Position numbers and translations under genes: made by a program. Under the pieces are notes generated by a model. It was not told the DNA's origin. It made no database searches and saw only the letters and a list, made by a program, of their open reading frames with translations. DNA of 64,000 nt from Bacilli bacterium (lineage in GTDB: Bacteria > Bacillota_I > Bacilli_A > RFN20 > CAG-826), in assembly GCA_035647455.1 (NCBI GenBank), contig DASRNI010000028.1:9154-73153 (forward strand). Direction: 5' to 3'. Position 1 is the first letter of the stretch. Each line of letters opens with the position of its first letter. Positions 30,880-41,565 of the stretch are shown one piece after another.

Positions 30880-33324
30880 ATGATTAAATCCAAACTGCTC
30901 TTAATTTCCAAGAATACACAAGTTCAGGAAATTGTTGGAACCGCCTTTTCTGAATCCGAGGTACTTTTTGCTACTGATTTTAGTGCGGCAATTCAGGCTT
31001 TAGATGACGAAATGCATATTATGGGGATTATTATCGACTTTACTGATGCCGAAAACGAAACGATAAAAACATACGCGAAACTTAAACTACTTTTTAGCGA
31101 GATGAGTGTTTTGTTAATCGTTAGTAAAAGTATGGCACTTAAACTAGAAGAAATTGGTGTTAATGATCGTAACTACTGTGTATATCCGTGTGATAGTGGC
31201 CAACTTTTTATATGGGCACGCACTTTTACGCAAAAATTCCGCGAATATACTGACTCAAGAGAATTATGGACACGAATATTTACTAAATCACCAACCGGAG
31301 TAGGCATTATTAAAAACAATGATCCACATAAAAGTGTGTTTAATAATTCTTTCCGAAAAATATTAGGCAGAGATCCACACGAAGTTGTTGGCTCAGGATG
31401 GTGGTCAATTACTCATCCGGAAGACGTAGAGCGAGAGCGGGCGCTTTTTGAAAACATTACAGAACTAGAAAACCGCTCATTTAGTCTTGAAAAACGAATC
31501 ATTTTACCGGATGGAGAGATCCGTTGGGTTTCGGTTTTTTATAATATCATTGAATATATTAAAAAGGCGACGTTTACAACATTAATTGTTGTCAATGATA
31601 TTACAAAATTCAAAGAGTTTGAGTTCGAATATAAAGAAGCCGAAGCAAGTAAACAGCGCATTGTGAAAAGCCTGCCGGGAGTTGTTTATCGCTGTAAAAA
31701 TGACGAGTTATATACAATGAGTTTCATTTCCGATATGGTTTATAAACTGACGGGATACGCCTCAGAAGAAATAGTGGGTAATAATAAAATTCCTTTTTCT
31801 GACTTAATTGCAAAAAACCATCAAGCCGCAGTACGTGAACAGTGGAACAAAGCTATCGCAACGAAAACAATGTTCCGTCATCAATATGAAATAGTCACTA
31901 AAACCGGTAAAAAACGCTGGGTATTAGAGCAGGGCGAAGCAATATATGATGAAAATGGCGATGTTTTTGAACTTGAAGGTATTATAATCGACATTAATGA
32001 CTTAAAAACAGTTGAAAAAAATCTTCATTATCGAAACTTGTATGATGAAGAAACAAAACTGCCGAACCGAAAATCATTTATTGCTGACTTAAGTAACGGT
32101 ATACCAAAAAATCGGAAACATACATTTATTAAAATTAATCTTAGCGATACAAAGCGAACAGGAAGTGTTCATGGCCATGAGTACTATATAAATTTGCGTA
32201 ACAATATGGCTGAAAAAATCAAAGAACTACAAATACCGAGAGCAAAACTATATTTAACACAAGAAGATCACTTTACCTTACATTTTAGAAGTGCATTAGA
32301 TGAAGAAAAAGTTCAACAAATCTATGAAAGTGTAGTTGATAGCATCATTGGTACATTACGCCGCGAAACTGTTCGTTGTGGCTTGGGTGTCACTTTTGCG
32401 GCAGATGACGAAGGCGTTGATGATATTGGTGAAAAGATTTTGAAAAGAGCTTTGCTCGCTTCTGAAGCCGCTCATTCGTCAATACGATTAGTTGAACTCA
32501 ATTATTATACAGACGCACTAGAAGATGCGATTGTTCGTGAAGAGTTGCTCGTTAAAGAACTCCGCGCTTTAATGAGATCATATGAATTTGGTGGTCTTGC
32601 GTTACACTTTCAACCTGTTTATGAACTTGAAAACGATACAATTATTGGTTACGAAGCTCTTGCTCGTTACACTAGCCCACAATTCGGTTATATAAACCCA
32701 CTTGAATTAATTGGTTTAGCAGAGAAATATCGTTTTAGCGTTGTCTTGGGTTTAAAAATATTCCGCCTTGCCTTTGCGTTTTTAGCGCGCCTTAAAAAAG
32801 AGGGTTACGAAGAAATGCTTGTTTCAGTTAACCTTTCAACGACGCAACTACTAGATACAATGCTCGCGGATAAATTAGAAAAAATCGCTAACGATTATGA
32901 TATTTCATTAAAAAACGTTATTTTAGAATTAACGGAACACATTTATGCTGATAACTTTGAGAAGCTTAACGAATCAGCTTTATCTTTGCATAAACATGGT
33001 GTGCGTTTATCAATTGATGACTTCGGAACAGGTTATTCTTCGCTTTCATTAATTCAAGACTTAGCAATTTGGGCGGTTAAAGTTGATCGCACTTTTGTTA
33101 GTAAGTTAAATTATGAAAACGAGGATGGTTCAATTACACGAGAAATCATTTCAATGTGTCATAAACTAGTTGATGTCGTTGTTGCGGAAGGCGTTGAAAC
33201 AAAAGAACAATATGAGATTATAAAAACATATAATTGTGATTTTGCGCAAGGCTACTATTTAGCACGGCCAATGCCAGAAGATCATGCAATTGCGCACTTA
33301 AAGCAGCAACAAAAACAAAAATAA
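30880..33324 (+). CDS. Cyclic-di-GMP phosphodiesterase: pseudo-receiver + PAS x2 + degenerate GGDEF + EAL
   Basis: 814 aa. EAL motifs YEALARY, ELTEH and DDFGTGYSSL. No GG[DE]EF is visible in the central domain. The N-terminal REC-like fold lacks the acidic pocket. Confidence 0.8.
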   Translation: MIKSKLLLISKNTQVQEIVGTAFSESEVLFATDFSAAIQALDDEMHIMGIIIDFTDAENETIKTYAKLKLLFSEMSVLLIVSKSMALKLEEIGVNDRNYCVYPCDSGQLFIWARTFTQKFREYTDSRELWTRIFTKSPTGVGIIKNNDPHKSVFNNSFRKILGRDPHEVVGSGWWSITHPEDVERERALFENITELENRSFSLEKRIILPDGEIRWVSVFYNIIEYIKKATFTTLIVVNDITKFKEFEFEYKEAEASKQRIVKSLPGVVYRCKNDELYTMSFISDMVYKLTGYASEEIVGNNKIPFSDLIAKNHQAAVREQWNKAIATKTMFRHQYEIVTKTGKKRWVLEQGEAIYDENGDVFELEGIIIDINDLKTVEKNLHYRNLYDEETKLPNRKSFIADLSNGIPKNRKHTFIKINLSDTKRTGSVHGHEYYINLRNNMAEKIKELQIPRAKLYLTQEDHFTLHFRSALDEEKVQQIYESVVDSIIGTLRRETVRCGLGVTFAADDEGVDDIGEKILKRALLASEAAHSSIRLVELNYYTDALEDAIVREELLVKELRALMRSYEFGGLALHFQPVYELENDTIIGYEALARYTSPQFGYINPLELIGLAEKYRFSVVLGLKIFRLAFAFLARLKKEGYEEMLVSVNLSTTQLLDTMLADKLEKIANDYDISLKNVILELTEHIYADNFEKLNESALSLHKHGVRLSIDDFGTGYSSLSLIQDLAIWAVKVDRTFVSKLNYENEDGSITREIISMCHKLVDVVVAEGVETKEQYEIIKTYNCDFAQGYYLARPMPEDHAIAHLKQQQKQK

Positions 33325-33383
33325 CTTAAAAATAATATATTTTTCCAAAAAGACACTTTTCAAATGTGCAAAATTTAACTTTT

Positions 33384-33399
33384 ACCATGTTAACATGGT
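33384..33399. promoter_or_regulatory. 16-bp perfect palindrome ACCATGTTAACATGGT abutting the putative -10 TATGAT of the ntp operon promoter. Candidate operator.
   Basis: Read directly. A second 9-5-9 inverted repeat TTAATGTGGttcagCCACATTAA lies at 33433-33455 in the leader. Confidence 0.4.
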
Positions 33400-33470
33400 A
33401 TGATATTTAATGATACGTTATGAGACGTGGTTTTAATGTGGTTCAGCCACATTAACGTGAAAGGAGCATT

Positions 33471-33776
33471 ATGAGCATTCTTGAAAAAATTGTAAATGCG
33501 GAAAAAGCAGCAAAATCAAAACTTGATAAAACAACCGCACAAATCAATCAAATAACTAAAAACACGGACAAAGAGATTTTAGTATTGGAAACAAGTAATC
33601 ACGAAAAGCGCCAAGAAGAAACGAAAAAGCTTAGTGATTCAACGAATAAAAAACTCACACAAATAACAAATGTTTATTTGGCAAAACGTCAAGAAATTAA
33701 GGCACAACTAGTTAAAGAAGTTAGTATCAAAGAAAAAGCACTTGTGGCTAATATCGTTAAAGGGCTGACTAAATGA
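33471..33776 (+). CDS. ntpF: V-type ATPase peripheral-stalk subunit G (E. hirae NtpF equivalent)
   Basis: 101 aa, K/E-rich coiled coil. First gene of an ntpFIKECGABD-ordered operon. Confidence 0.6.
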   Translation: MSILEKIVNAEKAAKSKLDKTTAQINQITKNTDKEILVLETSNHEKRQEETKKLSDSTNKKLTQITNVYLAKRQEIKAQLVKEVSIKEKALVANIVKGLTK

Positions 33777-35671
33777 TTGTTAATGTTAAAAAAGTCCGTC
33801 TTGTCGCACTAAAAGAACAAAAAGAATCGCTCCTTAAAGCACTCCAGAAGACGGGTGACTTTATGCTCTTTAATCACGAAGAAAACCCAACTTTACATAA
33901 CGAAGATCAAAGTAAATTAAAACAAATCGAAACAATCATTGAAGCACTAAGCGCTTATGAAAAAAACAAACTTTTTGCTTTTCATGAAGTAACAAACGAT
34001 GAATTTGAAGGAAAAACAAAAGAGGCAGAAGAACTTATAGCAGTCGTCGACAGTGCCTTAAAGAAAATTGAAGAACTTGGAATTCTAAACACGAAGCTTC
34101 GTGAAGAACTAACAAAAATAACGCCATTTGAAAATTTACCAATTGCCACAAATGATCTTAAGTTACTTCATTACACAAAAATTGACTTAGGTTTAATTCC
34201 GCTTGGTAATTTTATTGAATTCAATGAAAAGGTAAACGCACTTGGTTTTATTTTTGAAGAATCAACACGTTCGCTCGAATTTGTTTTTGGCGCACTCGGC
34301 TATGAGTACACAAAGAGTAGCGAAGCGGCAAAACTGATGAACGCCTACCGTTACGAAGCGACAACATTACCAGCATATAGTGAAAAGTTAAGCACACTTA
34401 TTCCAGTTTTAAATAAGCAAATTAGTGATAATGACGCTGAAATTGCTGAGTTAACGGAAAAACTTAAGCTTTATGGTGAAAAAGTTGGCTTACTTAAAAC
34501 ATATTATGATTTTGTTTATAATGCCGCCCTTCGCAAAACTGTTGGTTTTAATAAAACTGAAAAAACAGTATATCTTGATGGTTGGGTTAAAGAAGAAGAC
34601 ATTGAGTTATTTACGAAGCAACTTACTGAGCAAGTTGCATGCGATGTTGACGTTTTAGAAACACCTAATGATGAGCTAGTGCCTACGGCGCTTAAAAACA
34701 ATTGGTTTGTACGACAATTTGAGACAATTACAAATATGTTTAGCGTTCCACATCCACAAGAGTTTGACCCGAACCCAATTATGTCATTTTGGTATTGGTT
34801 GATTTTCGGGATTATGATGGGTGATATCGGCTATGGCCTTGTGATGATCGTTGTCTTTCTGCTTTTTGTTAAGTTGGCCCGACCAAAAGGTGAATTACGA
34901 AAACTCGCACTTATATTTGCCTTCTCTGGAGTTTCTTCAATAATCTTCGGAGTTCTTTTTGGTAGTTTCTTTGGCGTTGACGTTGATTTGCTGCAGATAG
35001 TCGGTTCATGGTTTGGCAATCCGAATCTAACTTCAGTAGTACTGCAGCCGGTTGCGGATCCACTACCGATGCTTATTTTCTCATTAGTACTCGGTGCCTT
35101 ACATATTATGACGGCGCTTGTTATTAAATTTGTAACCGAAATAAGAAGGAAGAACATTTTAGGTGCATTAGCAGATGGCTTAAGTTGGTTTCTTGTTTTG
35201 CTTGGTGCCGGCCTTGCTATCGTCGTAAAGCCAGCATTAGTCGGCATTATTATTGCTGGTGTCGGTTTATTATTAATTTTATTCCTTGCGGGACATGAAA
35301 ATGAAAAGCTTACCGGTAAAATTCTTGGTGGACTCGGCGGTCTTTACAATATTACGGGCTATTTAAGTGATATTTTAAGTTACTCGCGAATACTTGCCTT
35401 AAGTTTATCAACAGCGGTAATTGCCTTTACGATGAATTTACTAGCAGGCATGGTATCTGGTAGTGTAATTGGGGTGTTTTTCGCAATTCTTATTTATATC
35501 GTTGGCCATTTATTTAACTTTGTAATGGGACTTCTTAGTGCATATGTTCACGATGGAAGGCTGCAATACTTAGAGTACTTTGGAAAGTTTTATGACGGTG
35601 GCGGATACTTGTTTACGCCATTTGAATATAAATTAAAATATATTGATGAAATTAAAAAGGAGAATGAATAA
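33773..35671 (+). CDS. ntpI: V-type ATPase subunit I (a subunit)
   Basis: 632 aa. Soluble N-terminal half plus a 7-8 TM C-terminal half, with the conserved Arg region ...LSYSRILALSLS. Confidence 0.85.
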   Translation: MIVNVKKVRLVALKEQKESLLKALQKTGDFMLFNHEENPTLHNEDQSKLKQIETIIEALSAYEKNKLFAFHEVTNDEFEGKTKEAEELIAVVDSALKKIEELGILNTKLREELTKITPFENLPIATNDLKLLHYTKIDLGLIPLGNFIEFNEKVNALGFIFEESTRSLEFVFGALGYEYTKSSEAAKLMNAYRYEATTLPAYSEKLSTLIPVLNKQISDNDAEIAELTEKLKLYGEKVGLLKTYYDFVYNAALRKTVGFNKTEKTVYLDGWVKEEDIELFTKQLTEQVACDVDVLETPNDELVPTALKNNWFVRQFETITNMFSVPHPQEFDPNPIMSFWYWLIFGIMMGDIGYGLVMIVVFLLFVKLARPKGELRKLALIFAFSGVSSIIFGVLFGSFFGVDVDLLQIVGSWFGNPNLTSVVLQPVADPLPMLIFSLVLGALHIMTALVIKFVTEIRRKNILGALADGLSWFLVLLGAGLAIVVKPALVGIIIAGVGLLLILFLAGHENEKLTGKILGGLGGLYNITGYLSDILSYSRILALSLSTAVIAFTMNLLAGMVSGSVIGVFFAILIYIVGHLFNFVMGLLSAYVHDGRLQYLEYFGKFYDGGGYLFTPFEYKLKYIDEIKKENE

Positions 35672-35672
35672 T

Positions 35673-36140
35673 ATGAGTGTAGCAATTGTTTATGCAGTTG
35701 TTGGAGCTGCCTTAGCGGCAGGATTTGCCGGAATCGGTTCCGCGATTGGTGTTGCGTTAGGCGGAAAAGCTGCAGCAGGAGTTATCAGTGAAAAGCCAGA
35801 GTTATTTGGTCGTGTCTTAATTTTGCAGGCATTACCAGGGACCCAGGGAATTTACGGATTTCTGATTGCAATTTTAATTTTAGTTCGTGCCGGCTTAATT
35901 GGTGGAACACCAGCCGCATTAACGGACGCGGAAGGACTTATGCTTTTAGCAGCCTCAATTCCAATTGCAATTGTTGGCTTAGTGTCAGCGGTTTTCCAAG
36001 GCAAAATGTCAGCGAGCGCGATTGCCATGACGGCAAAGAAACCAACAATGTCCGCGCGCGGAATGACAATGACGGCGATTGTTGAAACATACGCCATTTT
36101 AGCGTTATTAGTAAGTGTATTAATGTACATTGCGGTGTAA
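35673..36140 (+). CDS. ntpK: V-type ATPase proteolipid subunit K (c ring)
   Basis: Start MSVAIVYAVVG after RBS AAGGAG. Two hairpins, with ...PGTQGIYGF, ...VFQGKMSAS and ...IVETYAIL (Thr/Gln/Tyr/Gln/Glu positions consistent with a Na+ site). Confidence 0.85.
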   Translation: MSVAIVYAVVGAALAAGFAGIGSAIGVALGGKAAAGVISEKPELFGRVLILQALPGTQGIYGFLIAILILVRAGLIGGTPAALTDAEGLMLLAASIPIAIVGLVSAVFQGKMSASAIAMTAKKPTMSARGMTMTAIVETYAILALLVSVLMYIAV

Positions 36141-36149
36141 GGAGGCAAT

Positions 36150-36761
36150 ATGAAAGAGCCAATTTACGAACGAATTATTAACGAAGCAACAAAAGAAGCA
36201 GATGCGCTAATTGCTGGAGCAAAAAAAGATGCTCAACAAAAACTTGCCGCAGTAAAGAAAAAATTGACCGAGGAACATACAGAGTTTGTTGTTAGTGCAA
36301 AGCTTGCTGCAAAAAGCAAAGTGAGTGACTTTGAAGCAAAAGAAGAACGCGACCTTGCTAATTTTACCGAGCAAACAAAACAAGAAATTGTTGTTAATCT
36401 TTTCTTGAAGGCGTACGAAGAGTTAAAAGAATTTAAAGGTGAAGCATTATTAAAATATGCCCTTAATTTAATTAACCGTCAAAAAGTATTAGGTACAGAA
36501 GAAATTCAAGTATCAAAAGATAACTACAACAAGTACTTAACTGCTTTTTCAACAAAGAAAGATCGCAAAGATTTGGATTTACTAAACGCCGGTAACAAGA
36601 AGTACAAATTTGTTTTATCCGCACAACCAGTTTTGATTAGTGAAGGTTTTCTTTTGAGCGGTGAAAAATATGATTTGATCTTTGACTTCAAAGAAATAAT
36701 TGATGTTTACCAACGCCAACACGAACAAAAAATATATAAAGAATTATTTGGAGATGAATAA
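36150..36761 (+). CDS. ntpE: V-type ATPase subunit E
   Basis: 203 aa, N-terminal coiled coil. Position in operon. RBS AAGGAGG. Confidence 0.75.
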   Translation: MKEPIYERIINEATKEADALIAGAKKDAQQKLAAVKKKLTEEHTEFVVSAKLAAKSKVSDFEAKEERDLANFTEQTKQEIVVNLFLKAYEELKEFKGEALLKYALNLINRQKVLGTEEIQVSKDNYNKYLTAFSTKKDRKDLDLLNAGNKKYKFVLSAQPVLISEGFLLSGEKYDLIFDFKEIIDVYQRQHEQKIYKELFGDE

Positions 36762-37479
36762 AGAGTATTTAAAAGGTGTTTTAGACGCAAAACTTTCTGC
36801 GTTATTAACAGAAAACGATTATAACGTTTTTGCTTCTTTTGATGAGCAAAAGCAAATCGACTTTTTCTTAAATTTAAATCTCGTCCAAACAAAACTAGTT
36901 AACGACTTCGAAGCATTAGCGAAAATCGCCCGCAAAGAGTTAAGTATGGAAATAGAAAAGTACGTCACAAAAAACAATCTTATTTACTTATATTTCTTTG
37001 GTGAAGTAGAACGGAAAAAGGATGTTTATAAAACAGCGCGCCATCGTAACGAACTTTATCAGAAAATAAGTGCGACGGGATACCCGTCTCTAGCAGACTT
37101 TGTGAACAAGAATCATTACATCCGTAACTTAGTGATGATTTATCGCTCGAAAAGCCAAAACATCGCCAAAGAGCATGTTGAAAAAAGTTTACTCGCACAA
37201 AACATTGTCTCTAGCGAACAAATGGCAAGTTTATGCGGGACAACAAAAGAAACAATCGTGCAGTATGTAAATAGTGAACTAAGTTTAAATTTAGCAAACG
37301 ATGTTTCTTCAGTTCAGTTTGAAGAAGAACTCGAAAACTATTTACGTAAGCAAATTAAAGATTATGCGTTCTCCCCTGATGTTGAAGCGACATTAATTTA
37401 TTATATAAATGAAAAACTATATGAGATATACACACTCCGGAAAATATATTATACGAAAGGGCTAAAACTTGATGCATGA
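36754..37479 (+). CDS. ntpC: V-type ATPase subunit C (d), shorter than typical
   Basis: Start MNKEYLK overlaps the ntpE stop (ATGAATAA). 241 aa. Assigned mainly by operon position. Confidence 0.55.
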   Translation: MNKEYLKGVLDAKLSALLTENDYNVFASFDEQKQIDFFLNLNLVQTKLVNDFEALAKIARKELSMEIEKYVTKNNLIYLYFFGEVERKKDVYKTARHRNELYQKISATGYPSLADFVNKNHYIRNLVMIYRSKSQNIAKEHVEKSLLAQNIVSSEQMASLCGTTKETIVQYVNSELSLNLANDVSSVQFEEELENYLRKQIKDYAFSPDVEATLIYYINEKLYEIYTLRKIYYTKGLKLDA

Positions 37480-37774
37480 ACTTGTATTAATTAGTAATAA
37501 GCAAGAAGCAACCATTTTTAAAACAATTGGCTTTTTAGTCCACATTGTTCGTGATGAAGAAGAAATAGAAGAAGTTATGCGAGAACTAAGCAAAAACGTC
37601 GTTCTTATCGCCTTTGATACTGTTTTTGCCGACTATTTCAATATATTGAAGGAAAAACAAAAAGCAATATACCCGCTATATATTCCCATTCCGTTTACTG
37701 ATGAAGATAGCGGTAAAGCTTTATTAGATGTTAAAGAAAATATTCGTAAATCGATTGGAATAGATTTATTGTAG
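37472..37774 (+). CDS. ntpG: V-type ATPase subunit F (E. hirae NtpG equivalent)
   Basis: 100 aa. [21 protein letters not shown]... is typical of subunit F. Confidence 0.75.
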   Translation: MHELVLISNKQEATIFKTIGFLVHIVRDEEEIEEVMRELSKNVVLIAFDTVFADYFNILKEKQKAIYPLYIPIPFTDEDSGKALLDVKENIRKSIGIDLL

Positions 37775-37784
37775 AGGTGATAAT

Positions 37785-39545
37785 ATGAGTGAATTACAAG
37801 GTAAAATAGTTAAGGTTAGTGGCCCGCTAGTTGTTGCTAGCGGCATGAAGAGTGCCCAAGTTTATGATGTCGTTCTCGTTGGCGATAACCATATCATTGG
37901 CGAGATCATTGAACTGCGGGACGATCTTGCTAGTATTCAAGTTTATGAAGAAACAGCAGGTGTTGGGCCGGGCGAACCGGTTATGCTGACGAAAGAACCA
38001 CTTTCAGTTGAATTAGGTCCAGGATTAATTGAATCAATCTTTGACGGTATTCAACGTCCATTAACAACGATTTATGATAACCATGGGTCATTTATTCCTG
38101 TGGGTGTTATGGTGCCAAAACTTTCACGAACAAAAAAATGGAAGTTTAACGCTATAGCCAAAAAAGGTGATAAGTTAAATGCTGGTGATTATATTGGTTT
38201 TGTCGACGAAACGCGGGCAGTCAAACATTATATTATGGTTCCACCCGGAGTTTCTGGTGAATTAACTTTAGTTAAAGAAGGTGAATTTACGATTGAAGAA
38301 CACGTTGCAACAATTAAGACGGAGCGAGAAGAACTGAAACTTACAATGCTGCAATCGTGGCCTGTACGAAAGAAAAGACCATACGTAACAAAACGACCAC
38401 CGCGCGAAGCAATGGTGACAGGGCAAAGAATTATTGATACGCTGTTCCCAATCGCATCTGGCGGGATTGCCGCAATTCCTGGACCATTTGGTAGTGGGAA
38501 AACGGTTGTTCAACATCAACTTGCAAAATGGGCCGATGCCGATCTTATTATTTATATCGGTTGTGGTGAACGCGGAAACGAAATGACGGATGTTCTCCAT
38601 GAGTTTCCAAAACTAGTTGATCCACAGACAGGTTTATCATTAATGAACCGCACGGTATTAATCGCTAATACATCAAATATGCCGGTTGCAGCACGTGAAG
38701 CGTCAATGTATACCGGAATTACAATTGCGGAATACTTCCGTGATATGGGTTATCGTGTTGCGATTATGGCTGACTCAACGTCACGATGGGCAGAAGCACT
38801 GCGTGAAATGAGTTCACGACTTGAAGAAATGCCCGGTGAAGAAGGGTACCCAGCTTATTTAGCATCCCGCTTAAGTGATTTCTATGAACGCGCGGGTACT
38901 GTGGAAGCACTTGCAACAGAAAAACGTTTAGGTTCAATTACGGCAATTGGTGCTGTCTCGCCACCAGGTGGTGATACGAGTGAACCAGTTAGTCAAGCAA
39001 CATTACGGATTGTAAAAGTGTTTTGGGGCTTAAGCGCAAGTTTAGCCTACAAACGTCACTTCCCAGCAATTGATTGGCTAAGAAGTTACTCATTATATGA
39101 CGAAGACATTTATAAATACCATACAGAAACACATATTAAATGGCAGGAACAAGTTTATAAAGTTAAAGAGCTTTTGCAGGATGAAGAATCGCTTTTAGAG
39201 ATTGTTCGTCTTGTGGGAATTGATTCATTAAGTCAACGTGATCGTATCAAACTTCATGTTGCACAAATGATTCGTGAAGACTTTCTCCATCAAAACGCCT
39301 TCCATGAGATTGATACATACACTTCGCTTGGTAAGCAATATCGAATGCTTGAATTAATTCTAACTTGGTTTAATAGCGCTAATGAAGCACTTCATCAAGG
39401 TGCGGAATATCGTAAGATGGAAAATTTAAGTGTTAATGAAAAGATCGGCCACGCAAAGTACGTTAATGAAGAAGATTATGCAACGCATTATGATGCTCTT
39501 TTAAATGAAATCAAAGAGTCATTCAAAGCGTTAACGGAGGTATAA
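37785..39545 (+). CDS. ntpA: V-type ATPase catalytic subunit A
   Basis: 586 aa. P-loop [10 protein letters not shown], non-homologous insert, ...[21 protein letters not shown]. Confidence 0.95.
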   Translation: MSELQGKIVKVSGPLVVASGMKSAQVYDVVLVGDNHIIGEIIELRDDLASIQVYEETAGVGPGEPVMLTKEPLSVELGPGLIESIFDGIQRPLTTIYDNHGSFIPVGVMVPKLSRTKKWKFNAIAKKGDKLNAGDYIGFVDETRAVKHYIMVPPGVSGELTLVKEGEFTIEEHVATIKTEREELKLTMLQSWPVRKKRPYVTKRPPREAMVTGQRIIDTLFPIASGGIAAIPGPFGSGKTVVQHQLAKWADADLIIYIGCGERGNEMTDVLHEFPKLVDPQTGLSLMNRTVLIANTSNMPVAAREASMYTGITIAEYFRDMGYRVAIMADSTSRWAEALREMSSRLEEMPGEEGYPAYLASRLSDFYERAGTVEALATEKRLGSITAIGAVSPPGGDTSEPVSQATLRIVKVFWGLSASLAYKRHFPAIDWLRSYSLYDEDIYKYHTETHIKWQEQVYKVKELLQDEESLLEIVRLVGIDSLSQRDRIKLHVAQMIREDFLHQNAFHEIDTYTSLGKQYRMLELILTWFNSANEALHQGAEYRKMENLSVNEKIGHAKYVNEEDYATHYDALLNEIKESFKALTEV

Positions 39546-39546
39546 G

Positions 39547-40920
39547 ATGGCAATTAAAGCATTTAAAACAATTAAAGAAGTTGTCGGGCCACTAATGGTC
39601 GTTGAAGATGTTAGTGACGTAAAGTTCGACGAACTTGTCCGCATCATTCAAAGCAATGGTGAAGAGCGTCTCGGTAAAGTGCTCGAGATTGATAATGACC
39701 GTGCAGTTGTGCAACTATTTGAAAGCAGCCAAGGTTTAAAAATTGATGATGCCAAAGCCGTCTTTACAAATCAAGGTGTTACATTTGGTGTTTCACCGCA
39801 TATTTTAGGCCGTAAGTTTGATGGACTTGGCCGACCAATTGATGGAAAAGGTCATATTATTCCGTTTAAACGTGTTGATATTAATGGCGTACCACTTAAC
39901 CCGGTTGCACGCAACTATCCGAATGAATTTATTCAGACGGGAATTAGTGCGATTGATGGCTTAAATACACTTGTCCGGGGTCAAAAACTGCCGATTTTTA
40001 GCGCCTCTGGTTTAACGCATAATCGTCTTGCTGCACAAATTGCCAAGCAAGCAACGGTTTTAGGGAAAGATGAAAAATTTGCTGTTGTCTTTGCGGCGAT
40101 TGGAATTACTTTTGAAGAAGCAAACTTCTTTAGTGAAGCGTTTGCTGCAAGTGACGCGCTAAACCGCACAGTCATGTTTATTAACTTAGCTAATGACCCG
40201 GCAATCGAGCGAATTGCAACACCGCGAATGGCGATTACGGCCGCTGAATATTTAGCGTTCGACCTTGGCATGCATGTTTTAGTTATTTTAACGGATATTA
40301 CAAACTATGCCGAAGCACTCCGTGAAATTAGTGCCGCCCGTAAAGAAGTTCCAGGGCGAAGGGGTTACCCAGGCTACATGTACACTGACTTGGCCGAACT
40401 TTACGAACGTGCAGGGCGGATTAAAGGGAATACAGGTTCAATTACACAAATCCCAATTTTGACAATGCCAGAAGAAGATAAGACGCATCCAATCCCTGAC
40501 CTTACTGGTTATATTACGGAAGGACAGATTATACTTTCACGGGCCCTTTCAATGAAAGGATTAACACCACCAATTGATGTTTTACCATCGTTATCACGCC
40601 TTAAAGATAAAGGAATTGGTGAAGGTAAAACACGAGAAGATCACGCTGATACAATGAATCAACTGTTTAGTGCGTATGCACGCGGGAAGGACGCGAAGGA
40701 ACTCTCCTTAATTCTTGGTGATTCAGCATTAAGTGAAACTGATCAAAAATACGCGCTTTTTGCCGATGAATTTGAGAAACTTTACATTTCTCAAGGCTTT
40801 GAAACAAACCGTACAATTGATGAAACGCTTGATTTAGGGTGGAAATTATTAAGCATATTACCAAAGAGTGAATTAAAACGAATTGATCCTACATTAGTAG
40901 AGAAGTATTATAAGGAATAA
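39547..40920 (+). CDS. ntpB: V-type ATPase subunit B
   Basis: 457 aa. ...[21 protein letters not shown] and a non-catalytic P-loop region. Confidence 0.95.
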   Translation: MAIKAFKTIKEVVGPLMVVEDVSDVKFDELVRIIQSNGEERLGKVLEIDNDRAVVQLFESSQGLKIDDAKAVFTNQGVTFGVSPHILGRKFDGLGRPIDGKGHIIPFKRVDINGVPLNPVARNYPNEFIQTGISAIDGLNTLVRGQKLPIFSASGLTHNRLAAQIAKQATVLGKDEKFAVVFAAIGITFEEANFFSEAFAASDALNRTVMFINLANDPAIERIATPRMAITAAEYLAFDLGMHVLVILTDITNYAEALREISAARKEVPGRRGYPGYMYTDLAELYERAGRIKGNTGSITQIPILTMPEEDKTHPIPDLTGYITEGQIILSRALSMKGLTPPIDVLPSLSRLKDKGIGEGKTREDHADTMNQLFSAYARGKDAKELSLILGDSALSETDQKYALFADEFEKLYISQGFETNRTIDETLDLGWKLLSILPKSELKRIDPTLVEKYYKE

Positions 40921-40923
40921 AAA

Positions 40924-41565
40924 GTGTCTAAACAAATCAATCCGACAAGAATGGAATTGCAACGACTGCGAAAACAGTTAGAAACAACAACACGCGGTCA
41001 TAAGTTGCTTAAAGATAAGCAAGATGAGCTTATCCATTCTTTCATTCCGATTATTAATGAGTATAAAGCGCTGCGGATTGATTTTGAAGCAGCAATTCGT
41101 CTTGTTTTGAATTATTACCGACTTGCGACTGTTACAATGACGAAAACGATGGTTAGTAACGAAATAAGTGCCACGAAACATGATTTTAAATTAAACCTAG
41201 GGTATTCAAAACTTATGGGAGTGGATCTACCGGAATTAAAGTTAACGGAACAAACACTCGAATTAAATTATGATTTAGTACTAACAAATAGTGCTTTTGA
41301 CACGTTAATTTTAAAACTACAAACTCTTTTGCTTGATCTCATTAACTTAGCGACGATAGAGACAAAAGTTAATATTTTAATTAAGGAAATCGAGAAATCA
41401 AAACGCCGCGTTAACGCAATTGAAAATATTGTAATTAAAGAGATTGTGGAACAGATTAAAGATATTCGCATGCGTCTAGCCGATTTAGAATTAAGCAACA
41501 CAATCCGCATGATGAAAAGCAAAGAAATTATTATTGAAAAATATTTAAATAAAAAAGACGATTAA
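40924..41565 (+). CDS. ntpD: V-type ATPase subunit D (central stalk)
   Basis: GTG start. MSKQINPTRMELQRLRKQL is the canonical subunit D N-terminus. Confidence 0.88.
   Translation: MSKQINPTRMELQRLRKQLETTTRGHKLLKDKQDELIHSFIPIINEYKALRIDFEAAIRLVLNYYRLATVTMTKTMVSNEISATKHDFKLNLGYSKLMGVDLPELKLTEQTLELNYDLVLTNSAFDTLILKLQTLLLDLINLATIETKVNILIKEIEKSKRRVNAIENIVIKEIVEQIKDIRMRLADLELSNTIRMMKSKEIIIEKYLNKKDD

Noticed and set aside
36754-37479. Possible frameshift or pseudogene in ntpC because the product is about 90 aa shorter than the E. hirae subunit C.
   Set aside because: The reading frame is uninterrupted and is translationally coupled to ntpE (ATGAATAA) and to ntpG. No adjacent out-of-frame ORF could supply the missing part. 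Retained as an intact, short CDS.
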